In this document: positions 10,301 to 19,264 of the stretch, piece after piece
How positions within the stretch are numbered: position 1 is the stretch's first letter
Layout of the letters: each line of letters opens with the position of its first letter
IMG/VR virus record: IMGVR_UViG_3300044953_000493
Location: 1-59,970 of that record
From: a virus
Taxonomy: Duplodnaviria; Caudoviricetes
Reading direction: 5' to 3' (one strand)
DNA: 59,970 nucleotides
Notes under the pieces: generated by a model
What the model was told of the DNA's origin: nothing
The model's database searches: none
Seen by the model: only the letters and a program-made list of their open reading frames with translations
Made by a program: the position numbers and the translations under genes

Positions 10301-11797
10301 AGTGGCTCCACTGTTGTTTCCTTTGATGAATATTGGAATAGTAAGAGTGATTGGTTCATTTAAACTAATTTCAGTAATTGTTTGAATGTCATATAATGAA
10401 ATATACCACTGATTAGTATTTGAATTTGAAGTATCATATGATCCAGATTTTAATTTAAAGTCATAAACTCTTGCTAACCCAATCTCTTTTCCTGGAGCAG
10501 TTATTTGTGAAATGCCAACTCTTTCATTCCTCAGACTCAATACATAAGTATTTCCAATTCCAATTACAGGAGATCCATAAACTCTATTCAGAATTAAAGT
10601 TGGACCAGTGTTATAATTAATTGCTTGATTTTCTAAAGTTTTTGTGGTTCTTGGTTTTGGTACATCTAAAAATGTTGGGCTAATAGTTTCAATTTCATAA
10701 CCACGAACAAATGCTTTGCCCGGAGAAATTTGATAAACTGCTAAATCATCAGTAGGAACTGATCCACCATAAGTAAATTGTCCAACATTAAAAATACCAC
10801 GATTTCCTAATTGATCATTTAAAGATTCTTTAACTGATACATCAAAGGGAGATACATAATAGTCACCAGATTCTGCATAAGTTCTTCTTGCAAGTTCGTT
10901 TGCTAAGTTATTATATTCGGTATTAATTTTTTGTGACTTTAAAATTCCATCACTAACAGAGGCAAGTTCTACAAAATTATTATCATTAAAATCATTTAAA
11001 CTTTTTTTAAAAAGAGATACTGATATTTTAAATCTATCTGCACCAGGAGCAGAATAATTATTAAATCCTTGAGAATTATCATTTAAGTCTTCATCAATGT
11101 CTGATGTTACAATTTCTTCATTTACTAACAACCCAATTCTATAATTTGGAGTATTACTATATTGATCTAAAATTAAAGTTTCTTTTGCTACTCTTACAAA
11201 TTGACCGCGAACAAAATAAACTCCCTCAGTGATAGTGAATGAAGATCCAACAGAAGTTGCATTGTTTGCGAGAGTAATCGCAAAAGTTTGCCCTGTTTGA
11301 ATTAAACCATTTCCTAAAAGTCCAGAAGATATTGTTAATCCGGCAAGAAGTCCTTCTCCATCTGAAAAAGTTTTTGTCGAGTTATCTTGAGTGTTTGAAG
11401 AAAGATAATTTACATATAAAGTTAAATTTCCTCTTTCAGAATTTGCTGCAAAAAGTACGTTTTCAACAATAGCAGTTACACCAGAAGTTTGTCCTGTAAT
11501 TTTTGTTCCAACCAACTGAGAAATATATGCCTCAACAGGAACACCTAAGTAAGTATTATTTAATTCAACTGCATAATATAGTGAATTATATCCTGTATTT
11601 CCTGGAATAACTTTTGCACCCTCTTTGAAAAAATGCTGCCCAAACTTTTCAATCTGATTTTGTAGAATTGATTGTAAAGTTGTAAGCTCTCTTGCCTGTA
11701 CAGGATATCCCGGTTTAAATAAAACTTTGGAATAATTGTTGTCAGAATTAAAGTCGTCAAAGTATGGAAATACGTTAAGATTAGTTTGTTGAGGCAT
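4319..11797 (-). CDS. large virion structural protein, VrlC/DUF4815-like
   Basis: NLNVFPYFDDF...FKPGYPVQARELTTLQSILQNQIE N-terminus, DPLAQSF, C-terminal PRFKDLRVIALA; 2492 aa. Confidence 0.88.
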   Translation of the reverse strand: MPQQTNLNVFPYFDDFNSDNNYSKVLFKPGYPVQARELTTLQSILQNQIEKFGQHFFKEGAKVIPGNTGYNSLYYAVELNNTYLGVPVEAYISQLVGTKITGQTSGVTAIVENVLFAANSERGNLTLYVNYLSSNTQDNSTKTFSDGEGLLAGLTISSGLLGNGLIQTGQTFAITLANNATSVGSSFTITEGVYFVRGQFVRVAKETLILDQYSNTPNYRIGLLVNEEIVTSDIDEDLNDNSQGFNNYSAPGADRFKISVSLFKKSLNDFNDNNFVELASVSDGILKSQKINTEYNNLANELARRTYAESGDYYVSPFDVSVKESLNDQLGNRGIFNVGQFTYGGSVPTDDLAVYQISPGKAFVRGYEIETISPTFLDVPKPRTTKTLENQAINYNTGPTLILNRVYGSPVIGIGNTYVLSLRNERVGISQITAPGKEIGLARVYDFKLKSGSYDTSNSNTNQWYISLYDIQTITEISLNEPITLTIPIFIKGNNSGATAFLKESVSNSSLLKVYEKTGEFVTNESLTINGIPNGRVATAITSYGISDVKSVYGIIGSGSTFTADTIQSSKFFVGIATISPLSSDISIVKSPNVLFPENIVKKDNLISYSDTSLSNSVFAKVVSVGSTTITIAGVTTVTGVVQGKLPTSTLSVTDLQVLTTNLENSTDNTLYTKLPKNNISSVDLTNASLTIRKSYTVNILNNQLSTVAVAGSNETFLPFDDERYSLIRSDGSTEVLTSDKFSFTSGSTQLQIYNLGSNNTGATLITTLTKIKPKAKLKLKNRVSSVIVNKSKYNYSGIGGTTINDGLTYGNYPYGTRVQDENICLNVPDIIEIYSIYESLDTTDPSAPTATLFSITSPSTTTSELIIGEKIIGQTSGAIAICAEKLTSTQISFVYKNQNTFKEGETLIFQESNISAIVISLNINSFNISSNYTFFTGQKGTFYDYGSITRKPDSDEPTKKLKIYFQSGYYQSSDDGDITTVNSYDTFDYDKEIQNVNTISNSDIIDIRPRTSSYTVSENSRSPLEFYGRNFSSSGNSAANILASDESIVATFSFYLGRIDRIYLSKDGKFQVKYGTPAERPEKPVSVDDAIEVASIFLPPYLYKVSQSSIEFLDYKRYRMVDIKQLEDRIKKLEYYTSLSLLETNTAGLFVPDSNGLNRFKSGFFVDNFTSLLAQEDAVPYKNSIDLKNKELRPQHYTNSVDLITGPAINVDPIADLQFSPPEGVNIRKSSDIITLDYAEREWFKQTFATRAESVTPFLISFWQGTLELTPSSDTWVDTTRLEAKIINTEGDYAETLSKASRTLNVDPQTGFSPTIWNSWQTNWTGQDITQGTRTRTESSSNTVGRGGWPNGGVGGPAAWVEITTNTIVEETLRTITDTGVQTRTGNRTIVTEQFDRTSVGDRVVSRNLISFMRSRNIQFLCKKLKPFTQLYAFFDGVNVTKYCVPKLLEINMISGVFQIGETVVGTVTNTGLGSNEDNTKPRITFRVAQQNHKEGPYDVATTTFSSNPYTNQILQGTYSSTSTILNVDTFSLSNEPQGQFSGRVEDGMILKGSTSGAQALITNVRLISDASATLIGSFNIPNPNIDIHPKFETGSKVFTIINNDSNDQNVATTIAEEGFISSGTLETVQENIISVRNSRIQNKQEFENRAVSRTTGSQVISTQTIGGNTSERIVGWYDPLAQSFLVEDPTGVFLTRCDVFFNSKDDVDIPVTFQIRTMQGGFPTTKILPFSEIILEPNQISTSNDGSVATSFVFKAPVYLEGGQEYCVCLASNSTKYSVYICRIGENDLLTQTFISNQPTLGSLFKSQNASTWESSQWEDLKFTLYRADFIQSGSVEFYSPELTEGNKQISTLLPDSLKLNSRKIRVGLGTTVQDSGLTFGNTILQLGSNATGNYVGSAGISTGTLSIINAGIGYTPSSGSATYSSVNLDTITGNGKGATANITISNGSVVSTGVTIVSGGSGYQVGDVLGITTIGSLTIGQNARFSVSNIIGVDQLILDNVQGDFITGAGKIVQYINNSGVKTTLNSAYGGNVLISTIDVVSDGLSIVVNHKNHGMYSNTNLVSISGAISDVKPTKLTSDYTSDSTSAILVDDSSSFSIFENVGVGTTNVGYILIGNEIISYTSTFTGSIGGKIIRGSNPINYVTGTPVYKYELAGVSLRRINKTHNLSDITTANSITFDSYTIKLDTSSNTGTARSTSSGYPILYLNQTKSAGGYNVKASQNMPFEIITPMVQNVTITGTSLSSEIRTITASSISGNEIPFIDTGFDNITLNQVNYLDSPRIIASKVNETQYLSTLPGNKSMNLRVFLNTIDSRLSPVIDTQRVSVILTSNRVNSLITNYAEDSRVNSIFDDPTAFQYLSKEITLENPGTSIKILLNAYNNLYSDIRAFYAISENENFNPIFIPFPGYENLNSRGQVIDVQNNNGHPDTFVPLTSISGFSQNDVPFSEYTFTADQLPAFRSYRIKIIMTSTNQVYVPRFKDLRVIALA

Positions 11798-11803
11798 AAT
11801 TTC

Positions 11804-13360
11804 TTAGAATTGCAAAATAACTTTGATATCTTCTTTTTGGTTTGATGATCTAGTAATTGATGGCCTATTATCAACATAAATTATATTTCCGGAATATTTT
11901 TTAACTTCCGGATTTGCTAAACCATTTGTAAAAGATTGACCTAAGTAATATGTTCTATTATTTATTGTAGTAGAAATACCCGTAAATGATGTATTAATCG
12001 AAAGAGTTGTTGTACCATTACTTGGTACAATAGATAAACTTCCTCCATTAGATGGAGAATTTGTAAAAAGATTTAAATTGAATCCATATGCTGGAGTGGT
12101 TTGTGCTGTTCCAACAGTATTAAATCCAGAAACAGATCTATCCTGCCAATATTTTAAAACTCCGGTTGTCTGATCATAATTTATAACTTTTCCGGCAGCA
12201 GTAACACCAGTTCCAATTGTTTGTGTAATAAAACTATCTTCTACAAAAGTTGCTGAACTATATCCGATTCCCGTCAATCTTAGTGCATACACTGCACTTG
12301 CCTTATCCAATGACATAATTTGTGTAGATCCAAACGATTTTGGATTTTGAACAATTCCAATTCTTGCAATTTGATTTCCTGTTATAAAATCTGGATTTTC
12401 AATATCATTTTCAATTCTTGAATATAAAAGAACATTAATTGAACCGAGTTCTCGATAAATGTCATATCCGTGACCTCCTTGAGGTGATATAATCACATCA
12501 AAAGTAGGTCTTGTAGTTCCAGTTGGAAATCCACCAGAAACTAAATCAACATTTCCATAAGTATATCCAGAACCTTGATTTGATACTGTAATCGACTGAA
12601 CTTTTTGATCATTATCAACTACAATTGTGCATTCTGCTCCACTGCCATCACCTTTAATTGGAACTTTTGTATAAGTTCTATTTGCTGTACCTAAACCAAC
12701 TCCTCTGTTTGTAATCGTTATAATCTTAAGAGATCCATCCACTGCATTATTTCGAACTGTTGCACTTTCAGAACTTGTTTCCCAGTCCGATGGAACTGGT
12801 ATAAAATCGGTAGATTCAAATTTTATGATCTCACTAGGTTTGATTGTATAAAGATATTTCCACATGTAATCATCGCCAGAAGATCCTGCAGATCTTGGTT
12901 CTAAATCTGTAAATTTTGGTTCATCTAATGATGGTTTTCCTGTGGGATTATCTGGATTAATTCCATTATGTAAGCAAATATAAACTTGATAATTACTATT
13001 AATTACATAATAATTCGCAGAATATAAATTAGTTGCTCCAGATATTGGAGCTGTATTTGAACTACTATAGTCGTGACGATACATATCATAAACAATTCCA
13101 GAAGACCAAAATCTTTTTTGAATTACTAATCGAACATCACTCGCATTAATTTTTTTTAATGCAATCATTGTATCCCAATAATTGTTTTCCTCATTAAAGT
13201 TATCTTTTGGTGAAGGAGGACTTACATTCCAATCTGACTGAAAATCTGTTGGATTTGGAAGAGCAATAAAAGTGTAATAAGAGTTTGTTCCGGTACTTAT
13301 TCCAGAAACAAAATTCTTTGCATTTAATATTCTAATTTGATCAGTTATAATTGCAGCCAT
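11804..13360 (-). CDS. gp8: baseplate wedge subunit
   Basis: MAAIITDQIRILNAKNF, YDMYRHDY, WKYLYTI, C-terminal SGNIIYVDNR...QKEDIKVILQF. Confidence 0.92.
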   Translation of the reverse strand: MAAIITDQIRILNAKNFVSGISTGTNSYYTFIALPNPTDFQSDWNVSPPSPKDNFNEENNYWDTMIALKKINASDVRLVIQKRFWSSGIVYDMYRHDYSSSNTAPISGATNLYSANYYVINSNYQVYICLHNGINPDNPTGKPSLDEPKFTDLEPRSAGSSGDDYMWKYLYTIKPSEIIKFESTDFIPVPSDWETSSESATVRNNAVDGSLKIITITNRGVGLGTANRTYTKVPIKGDGSGAECTIVVDNDQKVQSITVSNQGSGYTYGNVDLVSGGFPTGTTRPTFDVIISPQGGHGYDIYRELGSINVLLYSRIENDIENPDFITGNQIARIGIVQNPKSFGSTQIMSLDKASAVYALRLTGIGYSSATFVEDSFITQTIGTGVTAAGKVINYDQTTGVLKYWQDRSVSGFNTVGTAQTTPAYGFNLNLFTNSPSNGGSLSIVPSNGTTTLSINTSFTGISTTINNRTYYLGQSFTNGLANPEVKKYSGNIIYVDNRPSITRSSNQKEDIKVILQF

Positions 13361-13377
13361 TTGACAGAGTTTTTTAT

Positions 13378-13920
13378 CTATTTATTGTAAACACCTCTTG
13401 GAAATACCTGTCCACTTACAGGTCTTCTTCCTGATAACCATCCAGGTATTGTTCCTGTAATGACAGAACTAAGATTTAAATTACCAACATTTATACCTCC
13501 AATTGAAGTTTCAATATTAATAACAGAAGTTAAATTTAAAATATTAATTATTCCTTTCATATTACTATGATATTGGCAGATATAGTAATATGTTCCTGTA
13601 CTTATTCCTGCTGTATACCAAGTAATTGTTCCAGATTGTGTCCCATTGTTAGTTATTCCAGTAGTAACTGAAGATCCAATTCCAGTATCTGCCGCAGTTT
13701 TAATCCAAAATGGATGCCCAGACGCATTAACGTTGAGAACAACTTTATCACCTTTTATGACTGTAAATGTTGGATTTGAACCTGAAATGTTACCAGAAAA
13801 AGAATATGCACTTGCACCATTATTGACAACTGTTGCGGTAATTGTTTTGCCAGTAGATGGTGCTGTACTAGCAAATCCGACAATAGCAGTCGTTAAAGTT
13901 GGAAAAATAAAATCTGCCAT
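13378..13920 (-). CDS. virion-cluster protein with a cupredoxin-like domain
   Basis: GHPF...GTYYYICQYHSNMKGIINI gives an H...C-x2-H-x2-M type-1 copper ligand pattern. Confidence 0.6.
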   Translation of the reverse strand: MADFIFPTLTTAIVGFASTAPSTGKTITATVVNNGASAYSFSGNISGSNPTFTVIKGDKVVLNVNASGHPFWIKTAADTGIGSSVTTGITNNGTQSGTITWYTAGISTGTYYYICQYHSNMKGIINILNLTSVINIETSIGGINVGNLNLSSVITGTIPGWLSGRRPVSGQVFPRGVYNK

Positions 13921-15386
13921 TAGGTTGTTCTTGCACAGAATAGAATTCCACGAGTTCTTGTAGTTTGATTATAAGCTCCAGTAATAACTGTATAAACTTC
14001 AGATCCACTGATTGTAACTGTATCTCCTTGCTGAATATTTGCAGATGGTGACCCATAATCAAAGTCAATCAATACAAAATCATCAGGAATATAATATGGA
14101 CATGGAACTAACTTACTACAGATTGGGATTCCTTTAATTACAGAATTAAAGTTTGAGGCTTCTGGAAGAATATCTAAAGAATTGTAACCACCAGTATTAC
14201 GACTTTGATTTCTCATATAAATTGTATTATAATATGTATAAGTTGTTTGCGGAAAAGATAATGAAGCATACTCATCAGATTTTTCTTTATCAACAGAACC
14301 ACTATAACCACTTCGTAACCCGGCATATCCAAATTCAGCAGCACGTTTTGATGGATTATAATTAGAATCTTCTGATTCCCCTGAAATAAAAGTTTTAAAT
14401 CTTAATGTTGGGTAATTATTACTATCAACATTAATGTAAGTTAACCCACTTAAAAATAAATTATCATAATCCCATATGGTAGAGATATAATTGTGAAGTA
14501 TAAAAGTTGTGAAAGTATTGTCAGTCAAAATAAGAGATGAAAGTGTTGGTTGCTTAAAAGATAAGACTGCAAATTTTGGATCTATTCCTGATCTATAAAC
14601 ATTTAAGTCTAATCGATAAGAATTTGAAGATGCTACACTATTATAACTTTCTCCATGGTAAAAACTAGAATGAGATGATTGATTTATATTAAAATATACA
14701 CCTTGAGTAGGATTATGAGGAGTGTCTAATAACACATTTCCTGCAAATCTATTTGGATATCCATGAGTTTTATCATTGTTGTAATTATTATTATTTGAAG
14801 GATGAAAACCAGATCCAACATGGAATACTAAATTAGTATTACTAGTCATCTGAAATCCTCTATAAGTATCTCCAAATTTCTTATTTGGTTGAATTGTATG
14901 TCGTAAAACTCCCCAAGGATAAGATGATCCTGCAGTCACATCTTTATCATAAAAAGCAGTTGTTGTTCCATAACCAACAGGAGATGCTCCACCATCAACA
15001 AGAACAGTAATACCAATTGCGACAGCACCATTTGCAGTACCACCAATATTTGCTGCTGATAGTGTTACATACTCTCCACTTGTATATCCATATCCAGGAC
15101 GATTGACCGTAATTCGATTTACACTTCCATTAGAATTACCTCTATCAACATTAAAACTTGCACCAGTTCCAATTCCAGTAGTAGTTACTGGAAAAACATC
15201 ATAGTAAACTGAATTATAAATTCCTGTTCCACTTCCACCACCACTATAAGTGCTGATACCAGTTACAATACCAGTTTTGGTTTCACCGTGAAAACCTAAC
15301 CAAGTGAATGCCTCTTCTAACTGATAAATTACATCAGTTCTTGCCCAACCTATATTTTTTGTAATTGTAGTAGTTGTGATAGCCAT
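13920..15386 (-). CDS. putative virion structural protein
   Basis: 488-aa Gly/Thr/Ser-rich ORF within the baseplate cluster, with a PGYGY-type repeat. Confidence 0.7.
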   Translation of the reverse strand: MAITTTTITKNIGWARTDVIYQLEEAFTWLGFHGETKTGIVTGISTYSGGGSGTGIYNSVYYDVFPVTTTGIGTGASFNVDRGNSNGSVNRITVNRPGYGYTSGEYVTLSAANIGGTANGAVAIGITVLVDGGASPVGYGTTTAFYDKDVTAGSSYPWGVLRHTIQPNKKFGDTYRGFQMTSNTNLVFHVGSGFHPSNNNNYNNDKTHGYPNRFAGNVLLDTPHNPTQGVYFNINQSSHSSFYHGESYNSVASSNSYRLDLNVYRSGIDPKFAVLSFKQPTLSSLILTDNTFTTFILHNYISTIWDYDNLFLSGLTYINVDSNNYPTLRFKTFISGESEDSNYNPSKRAAEFGYAGLRSGYSGSVDKEKSDEYASLSFPQTTYTYYNTIYMRNQSRNTGGYNSLDILPEASNFNSVIKGIPICSKLVPCPYYIPDDFVLIDFDYGSPSANIQQGDTVTISGSEVYTVITGAYNQTTRTRGILFCARTT

Positions 15387-15392
15387 TAGTCC

Positions 15393-16553
15393 TTATGCCT
15401 CCAGTTGAAGAATAGTTAGATTTGCTGTAATTGATTGTGTAGAACCAGAAAGATTCGTAATTGCTGCATAAATTGTGGTTGAAGGAGTAGAATCTAAATT
15501 TCCTCCCGTTACAAAAGGGGAAATGATTTGAGTTGTTGATACACCTGTAGTAACAACTTCAGCAATCACTCCACTTCCAGGTGTTGGGTCAATTCCTTGA
15601 CTTCTGGAAGCATCATTTGCTCTAGATGTACTATCAGTATATAGTCTTAACCAACCTGCAGTAGAAAGACCAACCTTCATCAGTGCATAAGATTTGAACC
15701 CAGTAATGTTTGTATTACCAATTCCATTATTTGCGATAGATGTAGTTACTCCAGAAACGATTGTTCTTGATTGTAGAGAACCACCAGATGCAACAACAGT
15801 AGCAATACCAGAATTAAATGTGACATCAAGACCAGTTCCAAAATTAATTGTAGATGCAGATCCAATAATTGAATTATCATCACGAATTGCAACACCAGTT
15901 CCTACTGCCGTTACATTCAAAAGAGCACTCCCATCAATTGCAGGAAGTGGACCAGTAAGTTGTCCCGCATTTAACGCTCCATAAAAGCTTGTGGCAGATA
16001 CAATACCAGAAATAAATGCATTTCCAGAAGAAGTAATAATACCACCAATAGTTACATTTGTGCTTATAGCGACAGTAGTAGCATAAATGCTTAATGATGT
16101 AGGACTTTCTATTACTGGAGTTCCAGAAGATCCTATAAGATTAAGTTCTCCAGAAACTGTTAATGCACTTGTTGGATTTGTAGTTCCGATTCCAACATTT
16201 GATAGTGTATGAATACCTGCTGATGTTGTAACCCACTGCGATGAACCACCTCCACCATCACCAGTTGCAGTAATCGTTACATTACCTGTAGATTGATTAA
16301 GTGAAATACCAGATCCGGCAGCAAGAGAAGTTACAATACCCGTTAGTGAAGAACCAGAACCACTAAAACTTGATGCAGTAACAACACCAGAAATATTAGC
16401 TCCAAAAGAAGTAATAATACCACCAATAGTTACATTTGTGCTTATAGCGACAGTAGTAGCATAAATGCTTAATGATGTAGGACTTTCTATTACTGGAGAT
16501 CCAGAAGATCCTATAAGATTAAGTTCTTTTATACCAAAACTTTTATTTGCCAT
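15393..16553 (-). CDS. short-fibre-like structural protein with internal repeats
   Basis: NVGIGTTNP and TASSFSGSGSSLTG fibre motifs; late promoter at 16573-16580. Confidence 0.75.
   Translation of the reverse strand: MANKSFGIKELNLIGSSGSPVIESPTSLSIYATTVAISTNVTIGGIITSFGANISGVVTASSFSGSGSSLTGIVTSLAAGSGISLNQSTGNVTITATGDGGGGSSQWVTTSAGIHTLSNVGIGTTNPTSALTVSGELNLIGSSGTPVIESPTSLSIYATTVAISTNVTIGGIITSSGNAFISGIVSATSFYGALNAGQLTGPLPAIDGSALLNVTAVGTGVAIRDDNSIIGSASTINFGTGLDVTFNSGIATVVASGGSLQSRTIVSGVTTSIANNGIGNTNITGFKSYALMKVGLSTAGWLRLYTDSTSRANDASRSQGIDPTPGSGVIAEVVTTGVSTTQIISPFVTGGNLDSTPSTTIYAAITNLSGSTQSITANLTILQLEA
16028..16527. repeat. ~122-bp direct repeat (16028-16149 and 16406-16527) within the fibre-like gene
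   Basis: Copies offset by 378 nt with 1 mismatch; both encode ELNLIGSSGxPVIESPTSLSIYATTVAISTNVTIGGIITS. Confidence 0.9.
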
Positions 16554-16575
16554 TACCTATAACACTTTTATGTAT

Positions 16576-19263
16576 TTATAATCGGTATTTAATTACAACT
16601 CCACTTATTTTTAATCCCCCAGAAATTATCATTATATTGTCAATATTGTCAAGAGGTTCATTTCCTGTTAAGGCATCCCATATGACTATTGGAGAGCCTC
16701 CCTCTAAACTATTCACATTAGCCCAATTGGCATCGTTTGCTGTAACAGATTCAGTACCAGTATAAAATTGATTTGTATTCGCAATTCCAACAGAATTTTT
16801 TAACCAATTTCGGACATCCAGCCAAGTCCAATTTCTATTATATTGCAATTTAGTCGCTATAAGTCCTGTAGCCACTGGACAAGCAGAACTTGTTCCAGAA
16901 AATTTTCTATCATAGGAAACTAGTGAAGATCCTGGGTAAGTATCTGCTCTTCTATATCCCGAGGCAATACCTCGTGCGCTTAGAGTTCCGTCTGCAGGTG
17001 CATAACAATCAATCTCATTACCCATATCACTGTAATCTACTTTTCTTTCTTTTCCACTAGAATCAAAAGCATCATCAAGAGCACCAATATTAATTACAGG
17101 ATAAACAATATTTCCATCTGTATTAATAAATTTACCAAGTTGTTGGGGGAATCCTCTACGATTTGTTGAATTATATGCTTCTAGTCCAAATTCAAAGTGT
17201 GTTGCTTGATCAAAACTTGATGTTGAACCAAAACCAATGATGGTGTATCTATTATTAATTCCAATATGAATATCAATTTGACTTGGAGCATTTTCATAAA
17301 AAACTGCTTCATATAATATACCAGGTGATCCTAGTGTACCTGTTGTACTATTGTTTCCCTCATACCTTATTCGATAAGTTCTATTTGGGGGAGATCCCTC
17401 AGTACCATAATACAATCTCTGACAAGAATTGTCAGCAGCAGAAATCATAATTTTACGAAATGGGGGGTTACTAAAAGATAAAAAAGAAAAATCAATTGAT
17501 CCCCCACCAAAAGTAATATAAGTATTGGTTCCTGGATAAACTGTATTTGTAGTGAGCCCAATAAATTCCACATTAAATGGTAAAGTTAATTCCCAATATC
17601 CATCATCATTGGTTCCAAAGGTAGGTGTTGTTGATGCTATTCCTGTGAATCCTCCTAAAAGACTGTTTGATATAGTCGTTACAGTTCCAATACCAGAACT
17701 GGTGGTGATTCTTTTTGAAGTATTATCAGCTGCAGAAAAAGAAGCTGTTCCAGAAAGTTGTGTGCTGGTTGATGATATTCCTGTGAATCCAGTGTCGATG
17801 GGTGAATAAGACCAAAAATTATTGAAATCTGGGTGCGTTGATGAAACTTGTTTTTGATTACCATTTCCTGCAGCAACGATGAAAATTACACCCGCATTTA
17901 TAAGTTCCTCACCTGCAGATAGATACGCATTAGGTAAAAGCTCACCTTTCATTCTATTACCATCACCATAATTTCCAACATATTTCATAAAACCAGGTAA
18001 CGTTGTTACATTGTATTCCGTCCCCACTGCTAGATTAGTTGCATTGAGTCCTACTCTATAAAAATAACATCCTGTTGTTCTATGGGAATTTGAACGATAT
18101 CCCCAACTATTACTACTTATTGTTGGATCTTTTGTTCCATAAATTGGATTTATTGGTTTATATAAATGAAACAGTTTCATTATATTAAAGTATTGTTCAA
18201 TATCGGATCCATTATTTCCGATAACATTGATAAACCACTTATTGCAATTAAATGCCCAGCCTTGGGTTCTTCCATAAGTATTCGCAGCACAATCAGTTCC
18301 ATGATCCGAGTTGTTAGTTGGTATAGCCGTATTACTACCAAGACAAGAATCTCGTGTATAATTTGTAGTTACTTGAACTGTTCCTATGGTAGAAAATTCA
18401 ACAGATCTCTGAGATGAATTTCCCCACCAAGATCTTGCAACATCCTCAACAGGAACTTTTGTTCCATCCCAACGAGTTGTTAATCTTGTACCAGGAGAAG
18501 CTTCAAACCATTGTGGATCTATGTAATAAGGGGCATCTAAAACTAAATCTAAAAGATCGCAAGTTCCACTTGTTGAAGAGGCTGAAAATCCCGACTTTAA
18601 TAAGTTTCCTCCAACATAATTTGTTGGGCCCTTTCCAGTTGCATTGCTTTGGAATTCCACATGACCAAACCAACAACCATTATCGCCAACAATAACATCC
18701 ACATTAGATCCATCACCATAGTACTGAATTTTATTGTTTATAATTTGATTTGATCCAGTTGATAGTCCAGTATACCAGGGATCTGCTTTATCTACGCATC
18801 TTAAGAGTTGATAACCACCTCTATTAAGATCCGAACTATTGGGTGATCCGGGTAGTTGATCATTATCTGACCAATTTCTATATTGTTTTGTTGCTGTATC
18901 ATAACGAAAATTTCTAATCGCACCGAACTCCAATTCCTCTGGTGGTGCTTTATATTTTTGTGGATAACTTTCAAAATTCTCATGAACATATAAAACTTTT
19001 GGATGATTGCGAAGTTCAGTCGCTTCCTCATCATTTAAAAGATAAACTGCTCTTGTTGAACTATGTTCTTTTAAATCAACACATTCAATAGAATTTTTAG
19101 GAATCTTATCTTCAAGAGTCCCATCTCTGAGTAATACTTCATGGATATATTCCCAGTCTTCTGGAGAATGACATCCAACCGCATACAATTTTTTTGCACC
19201 GGATTCTGTTGGATACTCTACGGCTTCTAATCCATATGTCTTAGGATTTGTAAATTTTTTCAT
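16576..19263 (-). CDS. subtilisin-family (S8) serine protease
   Basis: Catalytic motifs in order: VIVGDNG (Asp), DHGTDCA (His), VAAGNGN (oxyanion Asn), FSGTSSACP (Ser); N-terminal propeptide-like region. Confidence 0.85.
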   Translation of the reverse strand: MKKFTNPKTYGLEAVEYPTESGAKKLYAVGCHSPEDWEYIHEVLLRDGTLEDKIPKNSIECVDLKEHSSTRAVYLLNDEEATELRNHPKVLYVHENFESYPQKYKAPPEELEFGAIRNFRYDTATKQYRNWSDNDQLPGSPNSSDLNRGGYQLLRCVDKADPWYTGLSTGSNQIINNKIQYYGDGSNVDVIVGDNGCWFGHVEFQSNATGKGPTNYVGGNLLKSGFSASSTSGTCDLLDLVLDAPYYIDPQWFEASPGTRLTTRWDGTKVPVEDVARSWWGNSSQRSVEFSTIGTVQVTTNYTRDSCLGSNTAIPTNNSDHGTDCAANTYGRTQGWAFNCNKWFINVIGNNGSDIEQYFNIMKLFHLYKPINPIYGTKDPTISSNSWGYRSNSHRTTGCYFYRVGLNATNLAVGTEYNVTTLPGFMKYVGNYGDGNRMKGELLPNAYLSAGEELINAGVIFIVAAGNGNQKQVSSTHPDFNNFWSYSPIDTGFTGISSTSTQLSGTASFSAADNTSKRITTSSGIGTVTTISNSLLGGFTGIASTTPTFGTNDDGYWELTLPFNVEFIGLTTNTVYPGTNTYITFGGGSIDFSFLSFSNPPFRKIMISAADNSCQRLYYGTEGSPPNRTYRIRYEGNNSTTGTLGSPGILYEAVFYENAPSQIDIHIGINNRYTIIGFGSTSSFDQATHFEFGLEAYNSTNRRGFPQQLGKFINTDGNIVYPVINIGALDDAFDSSGKERKVDYSDMGNEIDCYAPADGTLSARGIASGYRRADTYPGSSLVSYDRKFSGTSSACPVATGLIATKLQYNRNWTWLDVRNWLKNSVGIANTNQFYTGTESVTANDANWANVNSLEGGSPIVIWDALTGNEPLDNIDNIMIISGGLKISGVVIKYRL

Positions 19264-19264
19264 T

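Noticed and set aside
13378-13920. Plastocyanin (petE) auxiliary metabolic gene
   Set aside because: No signal peptide, wrong ligand-loop spacing and embedded in a structural operon.
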